A stretch of DNA of 64,000 bases from Chlorobiota bacterium (GCA_028287785.1 JAQBOZ010000017.1:72225-136224), one strand, 5' to 3'. Positions 32,522 to 43,492 are shown, counted from the stretch's first letter. Program-made: numbers and translations. Notes: generated from the letters alone by a model not told the origin.

Positions 32522-33052
32522 ATGAAGATGATCAGATCCCTTCTCCTTACTCTCATTTTCGGTGTGTTCCTGCTGGGTGCCGCTACGGCATCGGCACAGA
32601 GGGGAACCCCGAACATTGCGCCTGACAAGCAGTTCGGTATCGGTGTATTTACCGGCGGCTCGTTCACGGGTGGCGGCATCACCGGCCAGTATGCCATCAG
32701 CCCATCGCTTCAGCTCGGCGTCGCCCTTGGCGTCCAGGGCTCCAGCGCGAACAGCACGACTGTCACGAACTACAGCACCGAGATCTACGGCCGCTTCCTG
32801 TTCGAGGGAAATGTCAACCCGTTCCTTCAGGCCACGTTCGGTCGCACGTCGCAGGATTTTGCGACGGGGACCACCACCACGACCACAACCGCCAACTCGC
32901 TTGCGGTTGGGTTCGGCCTCGAGTATTTCTTTAATCACAACGTTGGCGTTCAGGCCATGGTAAATGTGATCAAGCTCAACTTTGATCCGAGCAGCACGGA
33001 GTTTGGTTTTGCCAACGGCCGTGTCGGCATTGAGTGGTACTTCAACCCGTAG
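32522..33052 (+). CDS. Small outer-membrane beta-barrel protein
   Basis: Signal peptide ASA-Q, alternating beta-strands, GFGLEYFF, C-terminal IEWYF. Confidence 0.8.
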   Translation: MKMIRSLLLTLIFGVFLLGAATASAQRGTPNIAPDKQFGIGVFTGGSFTGGGITGQYAISPSLQLGVALGVQGSSANSTTVTNYSTEIYGRFLFEGNVNPFLQATFGRTSQDFATGTTTTTTTANSLAVGFGLEYFFNHNVGVQAMVNVIKLNFDPSSTEFGFANGRVGIEWYFNP

Positions 33053-33164
33053 TCGGTGTTCGACGATAATGTATCGTATCGGAGGACGGCCCGGATAGTC
33101 TCTATCCGGGCCGCTTTCGCATTCCTCCCTTGCCTCGATGTATCCTGCCAGCTATACTTGCCCG

Positions 33165-33575
33165 ATGCGGATTCTTTCGATCGATTTCGGCACCGTTCGG
33201 ATAGGAACAGCCCTCTCCGATGAGCTGAAGATGCTTGCCTCTCCCTACAGGGTGCTTCCATACTCCCGGAACTCCCCCGCCGAGATCGCCGCAATCGTGG
33301 CGGAACAGAAGGTGGAGAAGGTGGTGATGGGGATGCCGTATGCGCTGGACGGGACGGAATCGGAGATGACGCGGCAGACGAAAAACTTCGCCGAAAAGCT
33401 GAGAGCCCTTATACCCTGCCCGGTGGTGGAATGGGATGAGGCGTTCAGCTCACGCAGGGCGGGGGAGCAGATGCGGGGCGCCGGCATCAAAAAAAAGAAG
33501 CGGAGCCGGAAGGGGATGGCCGATACATGGGCCGCGGCGATCATCCTTCAGGAATATCTCGACGCACTTCGCTGA
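33165..33575 (+). CDS. ruvX: YqgF/RuvX family nuclease
   Basis: MRILSIDFGTVRIGTALSD, VMGMP, WDEAFSS, AAAIILQEYLD. Confidence 0.92.
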   Translation: MRILSIDFGTVRIGTALSDELKMLASPYRVLPYSRNSPAEIAAIVAEQKVEKVVMGMPYALDGTESEMTRQTKNFAEKLRALIPCPVVEWDEAFSSRRAGEQMRGAGIKKKKRSRKGMADTWAAAIILQEYLDALR

Positions 33576-33677
33576 CATGCTTGCCGTCCTTCCCTCATTC
33601 GGTTTTCCATCAGTGCCCGGACATCGGCTCCTTGCTCCATTTGTCCCTGGCTTCCTCAGCAGTAGATTTGCCGCTCT

Positions 33678-35012
33678 TTGCAATTATCCAAACACATAGG
33701 GAAGGCCGCCTGGTCAACAGCCGATAGAATGCTGTCGGTCCTGATCGGCTTCGCGTTCTTCATACCGCAGAAGGTGATCGGCCCGTCGCACTGGGGAATC
33801 TATAGTACGGCGCAGGCGCTCCTTACCTCGGTCTATATGCTTTCCGATAGCCTCGCGCTTCAGGCCATGGTCAACTTCGGCATGGAGGAATTGCGACGCA
33901 GGCAGGCTCTTACCCTCTCCGCGCTTATCCACTGCACCTTTATCACGGTCATCACCCTCTCCGTCTATTTCAGTCGCGGGATGATTGCATCGTTTTTCAA
34001 CGAGCCGGAGCTGGTGACGACGCTGGGATATTTCCCCATCGTCTCGCTTGGCTTTCTCCTGCGGAACTACTTTCTCAAGGTCTCCCAGTTGTTTATCGAT
34101 ACGCGCGCCACATTCTTTATCGACCTGGCGTGGATCGGCAGCACGGTGATCCTGATCGTGTACGGATGGCGGCGCGGGACGCTGGTGAATGCCAATGACA
34201 TGATGGTGATCAGTGGGATATCGAGCGGCATCTCCTCGCTGATGGGCCTCTGGCTCTATCGTCGCAAGGTGCGTTTTACCACCAGCTTCGACCGGGCGTA
34301 CACCATCAGGATGATCCGTTTCGGCATCGCCCAGTTCGGCTCCGCCATCACCATGGTGTTGCAGACGCAGGGCGATACGCTGATCCTCAAGAAATTCGTC
34401 ACCTCCGATGTCATCGGCAATTACGACGCGGCCAAGAAGTTCTTCCGCGGCTTCGAGGCGCTTCGCGATGCCGGCGCTCTCTTCGTCTATCCGGCGGTGA
34501 CAAAGCTGGCGGCCGAACGGCGGCATGGCGAGCTGGTGCTGCTGCTGGAGAAGATGATAGGCTTTATGGTGATCGTGATCACGCCGATTGTGGTGTTCGT
34601 CTGGCTTGGGCCGACCGATTACCTCTTCAACCTGATCTACAAGGGGCAGTACCAGCAGGCCGCGACCATCTTCAAGTTTCTCTCGCTCGCTGCCCTTGCA
34701 ATCCCGTTCAGCATGAACACCTATGTGCTGGGGGGGCTTGGCGAGGCGCGCCGCTATTTCCGCGTGACGCTGACATCGGCCCTCTTCTCGGTGGTGGCGG
34801 CGCTTGTGCTGGTGCCGATGATCCACGCAAACGGTGCCGCGCTCGCCGTCGTGGTCAGCTTTGCCACCCTCGGCGTGCTGGCGACGCGCGCGGTCAAGAA
34901 GATCATTCCATTTTCCCTCCCCAACGCGTTCGGCCGCTGGCGCGATGCGCTCAATTTCGTGATCAGGCTATGGCGCCGCGCCATGAGAAAGGGGGACAGG
35001 CCCTCCCAATGA
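33678..35012 (+). CDS. Oligosaccharide flippase (Wzx/MATE-like)
   Basis: About 12 hydrophobic segments, WGIY and IGNYDAA motifs; TTG start. Confidence 0.75.
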   Translation: MQLSKHIGKAAWSTADRMLSVLIGFAFFIPQKVIGPSHWGIYSTAQALLTSVYMLSDSLALQAMVNFGMEELRRRQALTLSALIHCTFITVITLSVYFSRGMIASFFNEPELVTTLGYFPIVSLGFLLRNYFLKVSQLFIDTRATFFIDLAWIGSTVILIVYGWRRGTLVNANDMMVISGISSGISSLMGLWLYRRKVRFTTSFDRAYTIRMIRFGIAQFGSAITMVLQTQGDTLILKKFVTSDVIGNYDAAKKFFRGFEALRDAGALFVYPAVTKLAAERRHGELVLLLEKMIGFMVIVITPIVVFVWLGPTDYLFNLIYKGQYQQAATIFKFLSLAALAIPFSMNTYVLGGLGEARRYFRVTLTSALFSVVAALVLVPMIHANGAALAVVVSFATLGVLATRAVKKIIPFSLPNAFGRWRDALNFVIRLWRRAMRKGDRPSQ

Positions 35013-35032
35013 ACTCGCAATCAAACTAATCG

Positions 35033-37168
35033 ATGCTGCAAGCCATTCAATACCAGAAAACAGGAGAGCTTCACGTAAAGGAGCTGCCGGCTCCGGAACT
35101 GAAGCCGAAGATGATCGTGGTCCGTACCTACGCCTCGCTGATCTCCGCCGGAACCGAGCGGACATCCGTGGCAACGGCCAAGGCGTCGATGTTCGAAAAG
35201 GCCCGCACCCGTCCCGATCTGGTCAAGCAGGTGCTGGACATGGCGAAGAAGGAGGGATGGCGGAACACCATCGACAAGGTCAGGACGAAGCTGGACAGCT
35301 ACAAGGCGCTCGGCTACTCCGCGGCCGGCGTGGTGATCGAATCGGCGTGCGACGAGTTCGCGCCGGGCGATCACGTTGCCTGCGCGGGGGGGGGCTTTGC
35401 CTCGCACGCGGAGATCATCGCCGTGCCCCGCAATCTCGCCGTGAAGATCCCGGAAGGGGTCACACACGATGAGGCGGCGTTTACCACGCTCGGCGCCATC
35501 GCCATGCAGGGGGTGCGCCAGGCCAGGGTCGGCCTCGGGGAATCGGTCGCGGTGGTGGGGCTTGGGCTTCTGGGGCAGCTTACCGTGCAGTTGCTGAAGG
35601 CCGCCGGGTGCCGGGTGATCGGCCTCGACATCAACGAGCGACAGTTTGCGCTGGCCCGCGAGTTCGGGGCGGATGAACTGGTGGTGACCGGCTCGTCGGC
35701 GCTTGGGAGCATCGAGAGCTTTACGCGCGGCATCGGCTGCGACGCGGTGATCCTTACCGCCGGCACCAGCTCCAACGATCCGATGATCCTGGCGATCAAC
35801 GCGGCCCGGAAAAAAGGGAGGGTGGTGGTGGTCGGCGCGGTCGGCATGGATATCCCCCGCTCGCCGTTCTACGAGAAGGAGCTGGATATCACGATCTCCT
35901 GCAGTTACGGTCCCGGACGATACGATCCGACGTACGAGGAGGAAGGGCATGATTACCCGGTCGGCTATGTGCGCTGGACCGAGCGACGGAATATGGAATC
36001 GGTGCTGGATCTGATCGCGAGCGGGAAGCTGAATGTCGGGCGGATGATCACGCATCGCATTCCGATCACCGAGGCGGAGCGGGCGTACGATCTGATCACC
36101 GGGAAAATTCAGGAGCCGTACATCGGCATCGTCCTGAACTATCCCGATCGTGGGGCAAGGGCGCTGACGCGCGTTGTTCAGGTAAACCAGCCGGTGGGGG
36201 GAAGCGGGCTGGGCATAGGCTTTATCGGCGCCGGGAGCTTCGCGCAGAGCTATCTGCTGCCGCCGCTCAAGACGCTCGGCGTCAACCTGGTGGCGGTATC
36301 CACATCGACATCGGTCAACGCCCGCTCGGTGGCCGAGAAATTCGGGTTCGGCGATGCCTCCACCGACTCCGCCGGCCTGCTCGCCAGAAAGGAGATCGGC
36401 GCGGTCTTTATCGCCACCCGCCACGACACGCACGGCTCATACGTTGCCGATGCGCTGGAGGCGGGGAAGCAGGTGTTCGTGGAGAAGCCGCTGGCGATCA
36501 CGCAGGAGGAGCTTGAGCGCATCCGCGATCTGGCCGCCACGAAGAACGATCGCGTGATGGTGGGTTTCAACCGCAGGTTTTCCGCTCCGCTTGTCGCGAT
36601 GAAGCGCCATTTCGCCGGAAACACGGAGCCGCTGGTGATGCTCTATCGCGTCAATGCCGGCGCCATCAAGCTGGATAGCTGGGTGCAGGCTGAAGCGCAG
36701 GGGGGGAGGATCATCGGCGAGGGATGCCACTTCATCGACTGCATGCAGTTCATGACCGGCGCCCGGCCGGTCAGCGTCTACGCCGCAGCGATCGGCTCGC
36801 GCAACCAGCAGGTCCGCAACGCCGATTCCGTCTCCATCACCATCCGTTTCTCCGACGGCTCGGTGGGGACGGTTCATTATCTCGCCAACGGCGATCCATC
36901 GGTCCCGAAGGAATATTTCGAGGTCTTCGGCGGCGGCGGAACCGCCATCATGAACAACTTCCGCGAGCTGGTGCTCTCCTCCGGCCGGAAGACCAGGGTC
37001 GAGAAGTTCAACGGCGACAAGGGACACTCCGAGGAGGTGAAGCAGACGATCGAGGCGATGAAGAGCGGCGCTCCTATGCCGATCAGTTTCGAGAGTCTGC
37101 ACGATACCACCGCCGCGACATTTGCGGCGCTGACATCGCTGGGATCGGGAAATGCTGTAGCGTTATGA
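35033..37168 (+). CDS. Bi-domain oxidoreductase (Zn-ADH-like + Gfo/Idh/MocA), polysaccharide-biosynthesis associated
   Basis: SLISAGTE, LGYSAAG, GLGLLG, SYGPGRYD, then FIGAGSFA, VEKPLA, VGFNRRF. Confidence 0.9.
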   Translation: MLQAIQYQKTGELHVKELPAPELKPKMIVVRTYASLISAGTERTSVATAKASMFEKARTRPDLVKQVLDMAKKEGWRNTIDKVRTKLDSYKALGYSAAGVVIESACDEFAPGDHVACAGGGFASHAEIIAVPRNLAVKIPEGVTHDEAAFTTLGAIAMQGVRQARVGLGESVAVVGLGLLGQLTVQLLKAAGCRVIGLDINERQFALAREFGADELVVTGSSALGSIESFTRGIGCDAVILTAGTSSNDPMILAINAARKKGRVVVVGAVGMDIPRSPFYEKELDITISCSYGPGRYDPTYEEEGHDYPVGYVRWTERRNMESVLDLIASGKLNVGRMITHRIPITEAERAYDLITGKIQEPYIGIVLNYPDRGARALTRVVQVNQPVGGSGLGIGFIGAGSFAQSYLLPPLKTLGVNLVAVSTSTSVNARSVAEKFGFGDASTDSAGLLARKEIGAVFIATRHDTHGSYVADALEAGKQVFVEKPLAITQEELERIRDLAATKNDRVMVGFNRRFSAPLVAMKRHFAGNTEPLVMLYRVNAGAIKLDSWVQAEAQGGRIIGEGCHFIDCMQFMTGARPVSVYAAAIGSRNQQVRNADSVSITIRFSDGSVGTVHYLANGDPSVPKEYFEVFGGGGTAIMNNFRELVLSSGRKTRVEKFNGDKGHSEEVKQTIEAMKSGAPMPISFESLHDTTAATFAALTSLGSGNAVAL

Positions 37169-37191
37169 CGTACCGCGTAGCGTTATGACGT
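37157..37191 (+). repeat. 15-bp direct repeat spanning the oxidoreductase stop codon
   Basis: GTAGCGTTATGACGT at 37157-37171 and 37177-37191. Confidence 0.85.
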
Positions 37192-37196
37192 GCCCT

Positions 37197-37225
37197 GTCG
37201 GGGCAAGTCTTAGACCTGCCCTGAC
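37197..37225. repeat. REP-like 29-bp palindrome
   Basis: GTCGGGGCAAGTCTTAGACCTGCCCTGAC; same length and ends as the copy at 56220. Confidence 0.6.
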
Positions 37226-37242
37226 CCCCATAACTAACTGAA

Positions 37243-37274
37243 AAGGCCATCTCCCGATTCCGGGAGATGGCCTT
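37243..37274. terminator. Terminator between the convergent oxidoreductase gene and rplS
   Basis: AAGGCCATCTCCCG-attc-CGGGAGATGGCCTT perfect 14-bp stem, A-run on the left. Confidence 0.8.
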
Positions 37275-37301
37275 CGTACAAACCGCTGATTGTTCTCGCG
37301 A

Positions 37302-37685
37302 TCAGGTCGTCTTGGCGCGAACCGCCTTCGGGGCAAGGCCACGGAGGTAGTAGAGCTTTGCGCGACGGACCTTGCCTTCGCGGACGATCCGGATGCCCTG
37401 GATGATCGGCGAGTGGATCGGGAAGATCCTCTCGACGCCGACGCCGTTGCTCACCTTGCGGACGGTGAACGTCTCGCCGATGCCCGCGCCCCGACGGGAG
37501 ATCACGATCCCCTCGTAGTTCTGAATCCGCTCCTTGTCACCCTCGACAACGCGAACTGCAACGTTCACCACATCGCCGGGACGGAACGTCGGCAGGACGA
37601 CTTCGCCGGCCTCGCCGTTGCGGGAGGTACGGCTTGCCGCGGTCTGAGCAATCATCTGCTCGGTCAATGAATCGATCTCTTTCAT
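37302..37685 (-). CDS. rplS: 50S ribosomal protein L19
   Basis: FRPGDVV...EGDKERIQ...[18 protein letters not shown]...[11 protein letters not shown]. Confidence 0.97.
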   Translation of the reverse strand: MKEIDSLTEQMIAQTAASRTSRNGEAGEVVLPTFRPGDVVNVAVRVVEGDKERIQNYEGIVISRRGAGIGETFTVRKVSNGVGVERIFPIHSPIIQGIRIVREGKVRRAKLYYLRGLAPKAVRAKTT

Positions 37686-37815
37686 GATACACCTCCACAA
37701 TACTCACCGCCGACATCGGAAGCGGAACGCCAGGGGTTCCCTGGGCATTCCCGAACCCGGCCCGACAAGCGAGGTTTTGGTTTTTGGTTTCAGTTTATGT
37801 TTACGAACAAATGTT

Positions 37816-38541
37816 CTAGCTCCGCTCGGGGTCATCCAGCAACCCGGGGCGACGTTCCCTGGTGCGTCTGAGAGCCTCGGTATCCCGCCATTCGGCGATC
37901 TTCGCGTGATCGCCGGTCATCAGGATATCCGGAACGGGCATGCCGCCGAATTCAGCGGGCTTCGTGTAATAGGGCGCATCGAGCAGGCCGGCCTGGAAGG
38001 AATCGCTCAATGCCGATTCGCTATCGCCAAGGGCGCCCGGCAGCAGCCGCACAATCGCATCGGTAAGGACCAGCGCCGGAAGCTCGCCGCCGGTCAGCAC
38101 GTAATCGCCAATCGAGATATCCCGCGTCACCAGCGCCGTGCGAACCCGCTCATCCACCCCCTTGTAGTGCCCGCAGAGGAGGATCAGGTTGCGCGCCATC
38201 GAAAGCCTGTTCGCGGCCTTCTGGTCCAGGATATCGCCGTCGGGAGTGAGGAAGATCACCTCATCGTATTCCCGCTCGGCACGAAGTTTTTCGATGCAGG
38301 AGAAGATGGGCTCGGGACGAAGGATCATCCCGGCTCCCCCGCCGTACGGGGTATCATCCACCTGCTTGTAGCGTCCCAGACCGTAATCGTGCAGGTTATG
38401 CACCACGATCTCCACCAGCCCCGCCTCGCGTGCCCGCTTCAGAATCGAGGCGTTCAGCACGCTTTCGAATGTCTGGGGGACAACGCTGATGATATCGATA
38501 CGGAGGAACGGCCCCTCGCGTCTAGTTTCCGCCATCGTCAT
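37816..38541 (-). CDS. trmD: tRNA (guanine-N1)-methyltransferase
   Basis: [36 protein letters not shown]. Confidence 0.96.
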   Translation of the reverse strand: MTMAETRREGPFLRIDIISVVPQTFESVLNASILKRAREAGLVEIVVHNLHDYGLGRYKQVDDTPYGGGAGMILRPEPIFSCIEKLRAEREYDEVIFLTPDGDILDQKAANRLSMARNLILLCGHYKGVDERVRTALVTRDISIGDYVLTGGELPALVLTDAIVRLLPGALGDSESALSDSFQAGLLDAPYYTKPAEFGGMPVPDILMTGDHAKIAEWRDTEALRRTRERRPGLLDDPERS

Positions 38542-39058
38542 CGGTCTCCTCGCCCTTCATCCCGGGGATCGGTCGCACGATTGCAACCCGATCGTCATGC
38601 CGCACTTCCACGATGAACTGATCGACGGCCGGGAGCATCCACTCGTTTCCATCCGACTCCACCACCCAGATGTAATGGGCGGGCGTCTTGAAGATCCCTC
38701 CGATGTTCCCCAGCTCCTCCCCCGATTCGCTCCGCACGTCGTAGCCGACGAGGAGGGGATGGGCGTAGGGCTGATCGTAGTCGAGCGCGGCCATTGGAAG
38801 ATAGAGCGCGCGATCGAGGAGTTTCGCCGCATCCTCACGGGTCGTGCAGCCGGCGAAGTAGCAGATCATCGCGTCGTTCCGGCGCTCGCATTTGATCAGC
38901 TGGAGCGGCTCCGTGAATTTCTCGGAATATCCGCTCCAGGCATCGCACGGGACATTGACCGCGGGGATCGCGTCGGCATCCAGAGTGCAGCGAATACCGC
39001 CGGCAAGGCCATAGGTCCTGTTAAGGACGCCAATACGTACACGGGATTCGCCGGCCAT
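38522..39058 (-). CDS. rimM: Ribosome maturation factor RimM
   Basis: [15 protein letters not shown]-barrel-like C-terminus; located between rpsP and trmD. Confidence 0.88.
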   Translation of the reverse strand: MAGESRVRIGVLNRTYGLAGGIRCTLDADAIPAVNVPCDAWSGYSEKFTEPLQLIKCERRNDAMICYFAGCTTREDAAKLLDRALYLPMAALDYDQPYAHPLLVGYDVRSESGEELGNIGGIFKTPAHYIWVVESDGNEWMLPAVDQFIVEVRHDDRVAIVRPIPGMKGEETDDDGGN

Positions 39059-39137
39059 TGGGAACGGAATAGAGAGGGGCACATGAAAAGATGTGAAGCC
39101 CATCGGAATGAGCTTCACATCCTTCTATCACAATAAA

Positions 39138-39701
39138 TTAAGCGTTCGGCTCCGTCTCGGCCGCAGGAGCTTCCTCGGCTGCCGGCGCCTCTTCCGCTGC
39201 GGGGGCTTCCTCGGCCGAAGCCTCGGGAGCTGCCTCCGCCGCTGCTGCCGCTGCGGCGTCCGCCTCTTCCTTGGCGCGAGCTGCATCCTCGGCCTCTTCC
39301 TTGGCGCGGACCGCTGCTTCCTCATCGCGGACGCGCTTCTCGGCGGCGGCCTGGATGGCTGCCAGATCGCGCGACTCGCGGTTCTGCTTGCGGGCGACGT
39401 GGTTCTCGATCTGCTGGGCGATCTCCTCCGAGCCCTTCCCCTTACGGTTCAGGTGCATCTCCAGGAGCATTCCCTGGCGGCTGAGGAGGGAGCGGACCGT
39501 ATCGGTCGGCTGGGCGCCGGTCTGGAGCCAGTGGAGGACGCGATCACGCTTGAGGGTGATCTGATCGGCCACGACCATCGGGTTGTACTGTCCCACCTTC
39601 TCGATGAAACGTCCGTCGCGCGGGCTGCGGCTGTCGGCGGCCACGATGTCATATACCGGACGCTTCTTGCGTCCCATTCTTCTCAGGCGAAGCTTGACCA
39701 T
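39138..39701 (-). CDS. rpsP: 30S ribosomal protein S16 with Ala/Glu-rich C-terminal extension
   Basis: [40 protein letters not shown] repeats. Confidence 0.96.
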   Translation of the reverse strand: MVKLRLRRMGRKKRPVYDIVAADSRSPRDGRFIEKVGQYNPMVVADQITLKRDRVLHWLQTGAQPTDTVRSLLSRQGMLLEMHLNRKGKGSEEIAQQIENHVARKQNRESRDLAAIQAAAEKRVRDEEAAVRAKEEAEDAARAKEEADAAAAAAAEAAPEASAEEAPAAEEAPAAEEAPAAETEPNA

Positions 39702-39854
39702 GCTGATTCGTTCTTAATGTGATTCTGAATGTATGTTAAACTTATGCTTCTAAACGTTAGGAGCGGGTAACAGAATGGGCGTTGGGCCCGCCGGTCGGGG
39801 GGAAGGCCCGTCCGGGGCATCCTGTCATCAGCATCCGGGATACCGGAGCCCGCA

Positions 39855-41210
39855 TCAGCGGCGGCGTCCGGGGAGCATCGGCAATCCGCCGCCGCCACCC
39901 ATCGTCCGCATCAGATTCTTCATCTTGCCGCCGGTGAGCTGGCGCATCTGGCGGCGCATCTCGTCGAACTGCTTCAGCAGCCGGTTCACGTCCTGGATCT
40001 GCGTTCCGGAGCCGACCGCGATACGGCGGCGACGGCTTCCGTTGATGATCTCCGGACGGCGACGCTCCTCCTTGGTCATCGAGGTGATGATGGCCTCCAG
40101 ACGGACAAACGCCCGTTCGTCGATCTCCACCCCCTTCAATGCCTGGTCCATCCCCGGAAGCATCCCGATAAGGTCGCGGAACGAGCCCATCTTCTTGATC
40201 TGCTGCAACTGCTCGAAGAAGTCATCCAGCGTGAACTCGTTCCGGCGGAACTTCTCCTCCAGCTTCTTCGCCTGCTCTTCATCGAACTGCTCCTGCGCCT
40301 TCTCCACCAGCGAAACCACATCGCCCATGCCCAGGATTCGGGAGGCCATGCGGTCCGGGTAGAACGGCTCCAGCGCATCCATCTTTTCGCCGAGGCCCAC
40401 GAACTTGATCGGCGCCTTGACCACCGAACGGATGGAGAGCGCCGCGCCGCCGCGGGTATCGCCGTCCAGCTTCGTCAGGATCACGCCATCGTAGTCCAGC
40501 CGGTCGTGGAATGCCTTCGCGGTTGTCACCGCGTCCTGGCCTATCATCGCGTCCACGACGAAGAGGATCTCGTTCGGCTTGGTCCGCTCCTTGATGCGGG
40601 CCACCTCTTCCATCATCTCCTCGTCGATCGTCAGGCGACCGGCCGTATCGATGATGATCACGTTCCGTCCGGTCCGCTTTGCCTCCAGGATCGATTTTTC
40701 GGCGATCGACACGGGGTCCTCGCCGGGAAGCGAGAAGACCGGGACATCGAGCTGGGCGCCGAGCGATTTCAACTGATCGACGGCCGCCGGGCGATAGGTG
40801 TCCGCGGCCACCAGCATCGGCTGGCGACCCTTTCCCTTGAAGTAGTTCGCCAGCTTCGCCGAGTGGGTCGTCTTTCCCGATCCCTGAAGGCCGCACATCA
40901 TGATGATCGTGGGGCCGGCCGGCGCCATCCTGATATCCTCGCGCTCGTTCCCCATCAGCTCCACGAGCTCGTCGTAGATGATCTTGACGATCATCTGTCC
41001 GGGGGTAACCGACCCGATCACATCGCGACCGAGCGCGCGGGTCTTTACGTCCTCGACGAATTTCTTCGTGACCTGGAAGTTTACATCGGCGTCCAGAAGC
41101 GCGCGGCGAACCTCGCGCAGCGCCTCCGTGATGTTCTCTTCGGAGAGCCGGGCTTCACCGCTCAGGCGGCGTATCGCCGCGTCAAGTTTGGCACTTAGAT
41201 TCTCAAACAT
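39855..41210 (-). CDS. ffh: Signal recognition particle protein
   Basis: GLQGSGKTT, DTAGR, TKLDGDTRGGAALS, RILGMGD and M domain. Confidence 0.97.
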   Translation of the reverse strand: MFENLSAKLDAAIRRLSGEARLSEENITEALREVRRALLDADVNFQVTKKFVEDVKTRALGRDVIGSVTPGQMIVKIIYDELVELMGNEREDIRMAPAGPTIIMMCGLQGSGKTTHSAKLANYFKGKGRQPMLVAADTYRPAAVDQLKSLGAQLDVPVFSLPGEDPVSIAEKSILEAKRTGRNVIIIDTAGRLTIDEEMMEEVARIKERTKPNEILFVVDAMIGQDAVTTAKAFHDRLDYDGVILTKLDGDTRGGAALSIRSVVKAPIKFVGLGEKMDALEPFYPDRMASRILGMGDVVSLVEKAQEQFDEEQAKKLEEKFRRNEFTLDDFFEQLQQIKKMGSFRDLIGMLPGMDQALKGVEIDERAFVRLEAIITSMTKEERRRPEIINGSRRRRIAVGSGTQIQDVNRLLKQFDEMRRQMRQLTGGKMKNLMRTMGGGGGLPMLPGRRR

Positions 41211-41478
41211 CGGATATCCGGGACATGCGTATCGAAAGAATTGCGCTACGGTTTGAGCAAAGGATCATAAAAATAGGGGAGCGGGGGGAGTTCTGCAACC
41301 GGAAAACCGAAGCTGATGCGAAGGAATCGTGAGTGGATTGGCCGAATCGGCCCAATTACGGGGGTGGAAATGGAATGATACAAAGGCAATCGTGGGTCCG
41401 GCCGGGGAAATCGGTTGTTCACGGGGGCGGCCCGCACGGGAATCGGGGCGTTCGGCAGAACATCGTCCGGCGGATTGT

Positions 41479-41946
41479 TCAGCCCTGCTTCAGCGTGCGA
41501 TCGCGCTGGCGAAGCAGCGGGGCGAGAAATTCCATCATATGAACGATATCATTTCCAATCGGGATCGACTCGAAGTCGAACACGCAGATCGTCCCGAAGA
41601 GGTTTCCGCTTTCGTCGAGGAGCGGCACGCCGCAGTACGACTGCACCTCCCGCTGTTTCGGGTGGCCCTCCACACGGTCATCCTTCAGTGTATCATGCAC
41701 GGTGAACCGGTTTCCGGTTTTTCGGACAAAGACGCAGTACGACGCCATCACCGGGATATCCGGGCACGACTCCACCTCCGGGTTTTCCGCGTCGACGAAA
41801 TAGAGGCTCTTCAGCGTCTCGCCGTCGAAGCGATAGAGTGCGGTGAAACGGTGCGGAGTCTGGCTGTTGAGGAGCCTCAGCGCCGCCCGGATGCCATCCT
41901 GTTCCAGCACGGTCCGCAACTGCGCCAGTGTATTTGCCTCGTTCAT
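41479..41946 (-). CDS. Stand-alone GAF domain protein
   Basis: HRFTALYRFD, SYCVFV, SYCGVPLLDESGNLFGTICVFD. Confidence 0.8.
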   Translation of the reverse strand: MNEANTLAQLRTVLEQDGIRAALRLLNSQTPHRFTALYRFDGETLKSLYFVDAENPEVESCPDIPVMASYCVFVRKTGNRFTVHDTLKDDRVEGHPKQREVQSYCGVPLLDESGNLFGTICVFDFESIPIGNDIVHMMEFLAPLLRQRDRTLKQG

Positions 41947-42160
41947 TGAAGTCCGGAAATATCTCGAAAAGAGCAGGGGATATTCGCCGTGGGGATATAT
42001 CGGGAAAATCGAATATACGCATTCGCGCGGAGTGAGGGTTTGCCCGGTTGCCCGGTTCGTGGGTTCGCCCCCACCATCCACCGGTTCTCCGTCCTATCTT
42101 TGCGGTGGAATCTGAAAAGGTATGCCAACCGTCAGCGCATCGATCACGGACTTCGATATC

Positions 42161-43492
42161 ATGGATCATGTCGTCATTATCGGCAATGGGGTTGCCGGCA
42201 TCACGGCCGCCCGGCATATCCGCAAGCTGAGCGACCGGCCGATTACGGTGATCTCCGCCGAGACCGATCACTTCTTCTCGCGCACGGCCCTGATGTATAT
42301 CTACATGGGACAGCTCACCTACGAAGGGACCAAACCGTACGAGGACGACTTCTGGCCGAAGAACCGGATAGCGCTGGTGCGGGGTCGCGTGGAGCGGCTG
42401 GAGACGGAGCGTCGCCGCCTGACGCTTGGCGACGGAAGCGAAATCGAGTACGGCTCCCTGATCATCGCCACCGGATCGCGACCCAACATGTTCGGCTGGC
42501 CGGGGGAGACCCTGGAGGGGGTCCAGGGCCTGTACAGCATTCAGGATCTGGAGTCGATGGAGCGATGGACCGCCGGGATCACGCGCGCCGTGGTGGTCGG
42601 CGGCGGGTTGATCGGGATAGAGATGGCGGAGATGCTGTATGCGCGCGGCATCGGGGTGACGTTTCTGGTGCGCGAGCGGAACTACTGGGACACCATCCTT
42701 CCGCCGGAGGAATCGCTGATGGTGGAGCGGCATATCAGGTCGCACGGCATCGATCTCCGCACGGCGACGGAGCTGCGGGAGATTCTGTCGGATGCGGAGG
42801 GTCGCGCCCGCGCCGTGGTCACGACGCGGGGGGAGGAGATCCCCTGCGGGTTCGTGGGGTTGACGGTGGGGGTATCGCCGAACATCGGCGTGGTGAGCGG
42901 TTCCGCCGTGGAGTGCAATCGCGGCGTGCTGGTGGATGAATATTTCCGGACCAGCATTCCCGGCGTCTACGCGATCGGCGATTGCGCCGAGTTTCGCGAT
43001 CCGCGAGCGGATCATCCCGCGATCGAGCAGTTGTGGTACACGGCGAAGATGCACGGGGAGACGGTTGCGCGGACCATCTGCGGCATCCCGGCCCGCTACG
43101 CCCGCGGCGTCTGGTTCAACTCGGCGAAGTTTTTCGATATCGAGTATCAGACCTACGGCTACGTCTGGAGCCGGCTTCGGGAGACGGAGGAAACCCTTTA
43201 CTGGGAGCATCCCGACGGACGGAAGGCGATCAGGATCAACTACTCGAAGATGGATGGCCGGCTGCTCGGGATGAACCTGCTCGGGATCAGATATCGCCAG
43301 GATGTCTGCCGGAAATGGGTGGAGGAGGGGGCTGATATCGGGACGGTGCTGGGAAATCTCTCCGAGGCGAATTTCGATCCCGAATTCCACCGGCGATACG
43401 AGGCGGAGGTGGTAAGGCTCTACAACGAGCGGAACCCCGGCGGCGCGGTCGTGGTGAAGCGGAAGGGGATGCTGGCGCGGTTCTTCTCATGA
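42161..43492 (+). CDS. NAD(P)/FAD-dependent oxidoreductase (ferredoxin/rubredoxin reductase-like)
   Basis: IIGNGVAG, IATGS, VVGGGLIGIE, VYAIGDCA; TATCTTTG box at 42095-42102. Confidence 0.88.
   Translation: MDHVVIIGNGVAGITAARHIRKLSDRPITVISAETDHFFSRTALMYIYMGQLTYEGTKPYEDDFWPKNRIALVRGRVERLETERRRLTLGDGSEIEYGSLIIATGSRPNMFGWPGETLEGVQGLYSIQDLESMERWTAGITRAVVVGGGLIGIEMAEMLYARGIGVTFLVRERNYWDTILPPEESLMVERHIRSHGIDLRTATELREILSDAEGRARAVVTTRGEEIPCGFVGLTVGVSPNIGVVSGSAVECNRGVLVDEYFRTSIPGVYAIGDCAEFRDPRADHPAIEQLWYTAKMHGETVARTICGIPARYARGVWFNSAKFFDIEYQTYGYVWSRLRETEETLYWEHPDGRKAIRINYSKMDGRLLGMNLLGIRYRQDVCRKWVEEGADIGTVLGNLSEANFDPEFHRRYEAEVVRLYNERNPGGAVVVKRKGMLARFFS

Noticed and set aside
39138..39330. Ala/Glu/Pro repeat extension on S16
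   Set aside because: Long acidic S16 tails are common in Bacteroidota and related phyla
41211..41478. Possible SRP RNA next to ffh
   Set aside because: No CAGG-n-GGAA-n-AGCAG domain IV motif found on either strand
42036..42090. Short CCGGTT / GGGTT-containing quasi-repeats upstream of the oxidoreductase
   Set aside because: Too few and too degenerate to distinguish from GC-rich background
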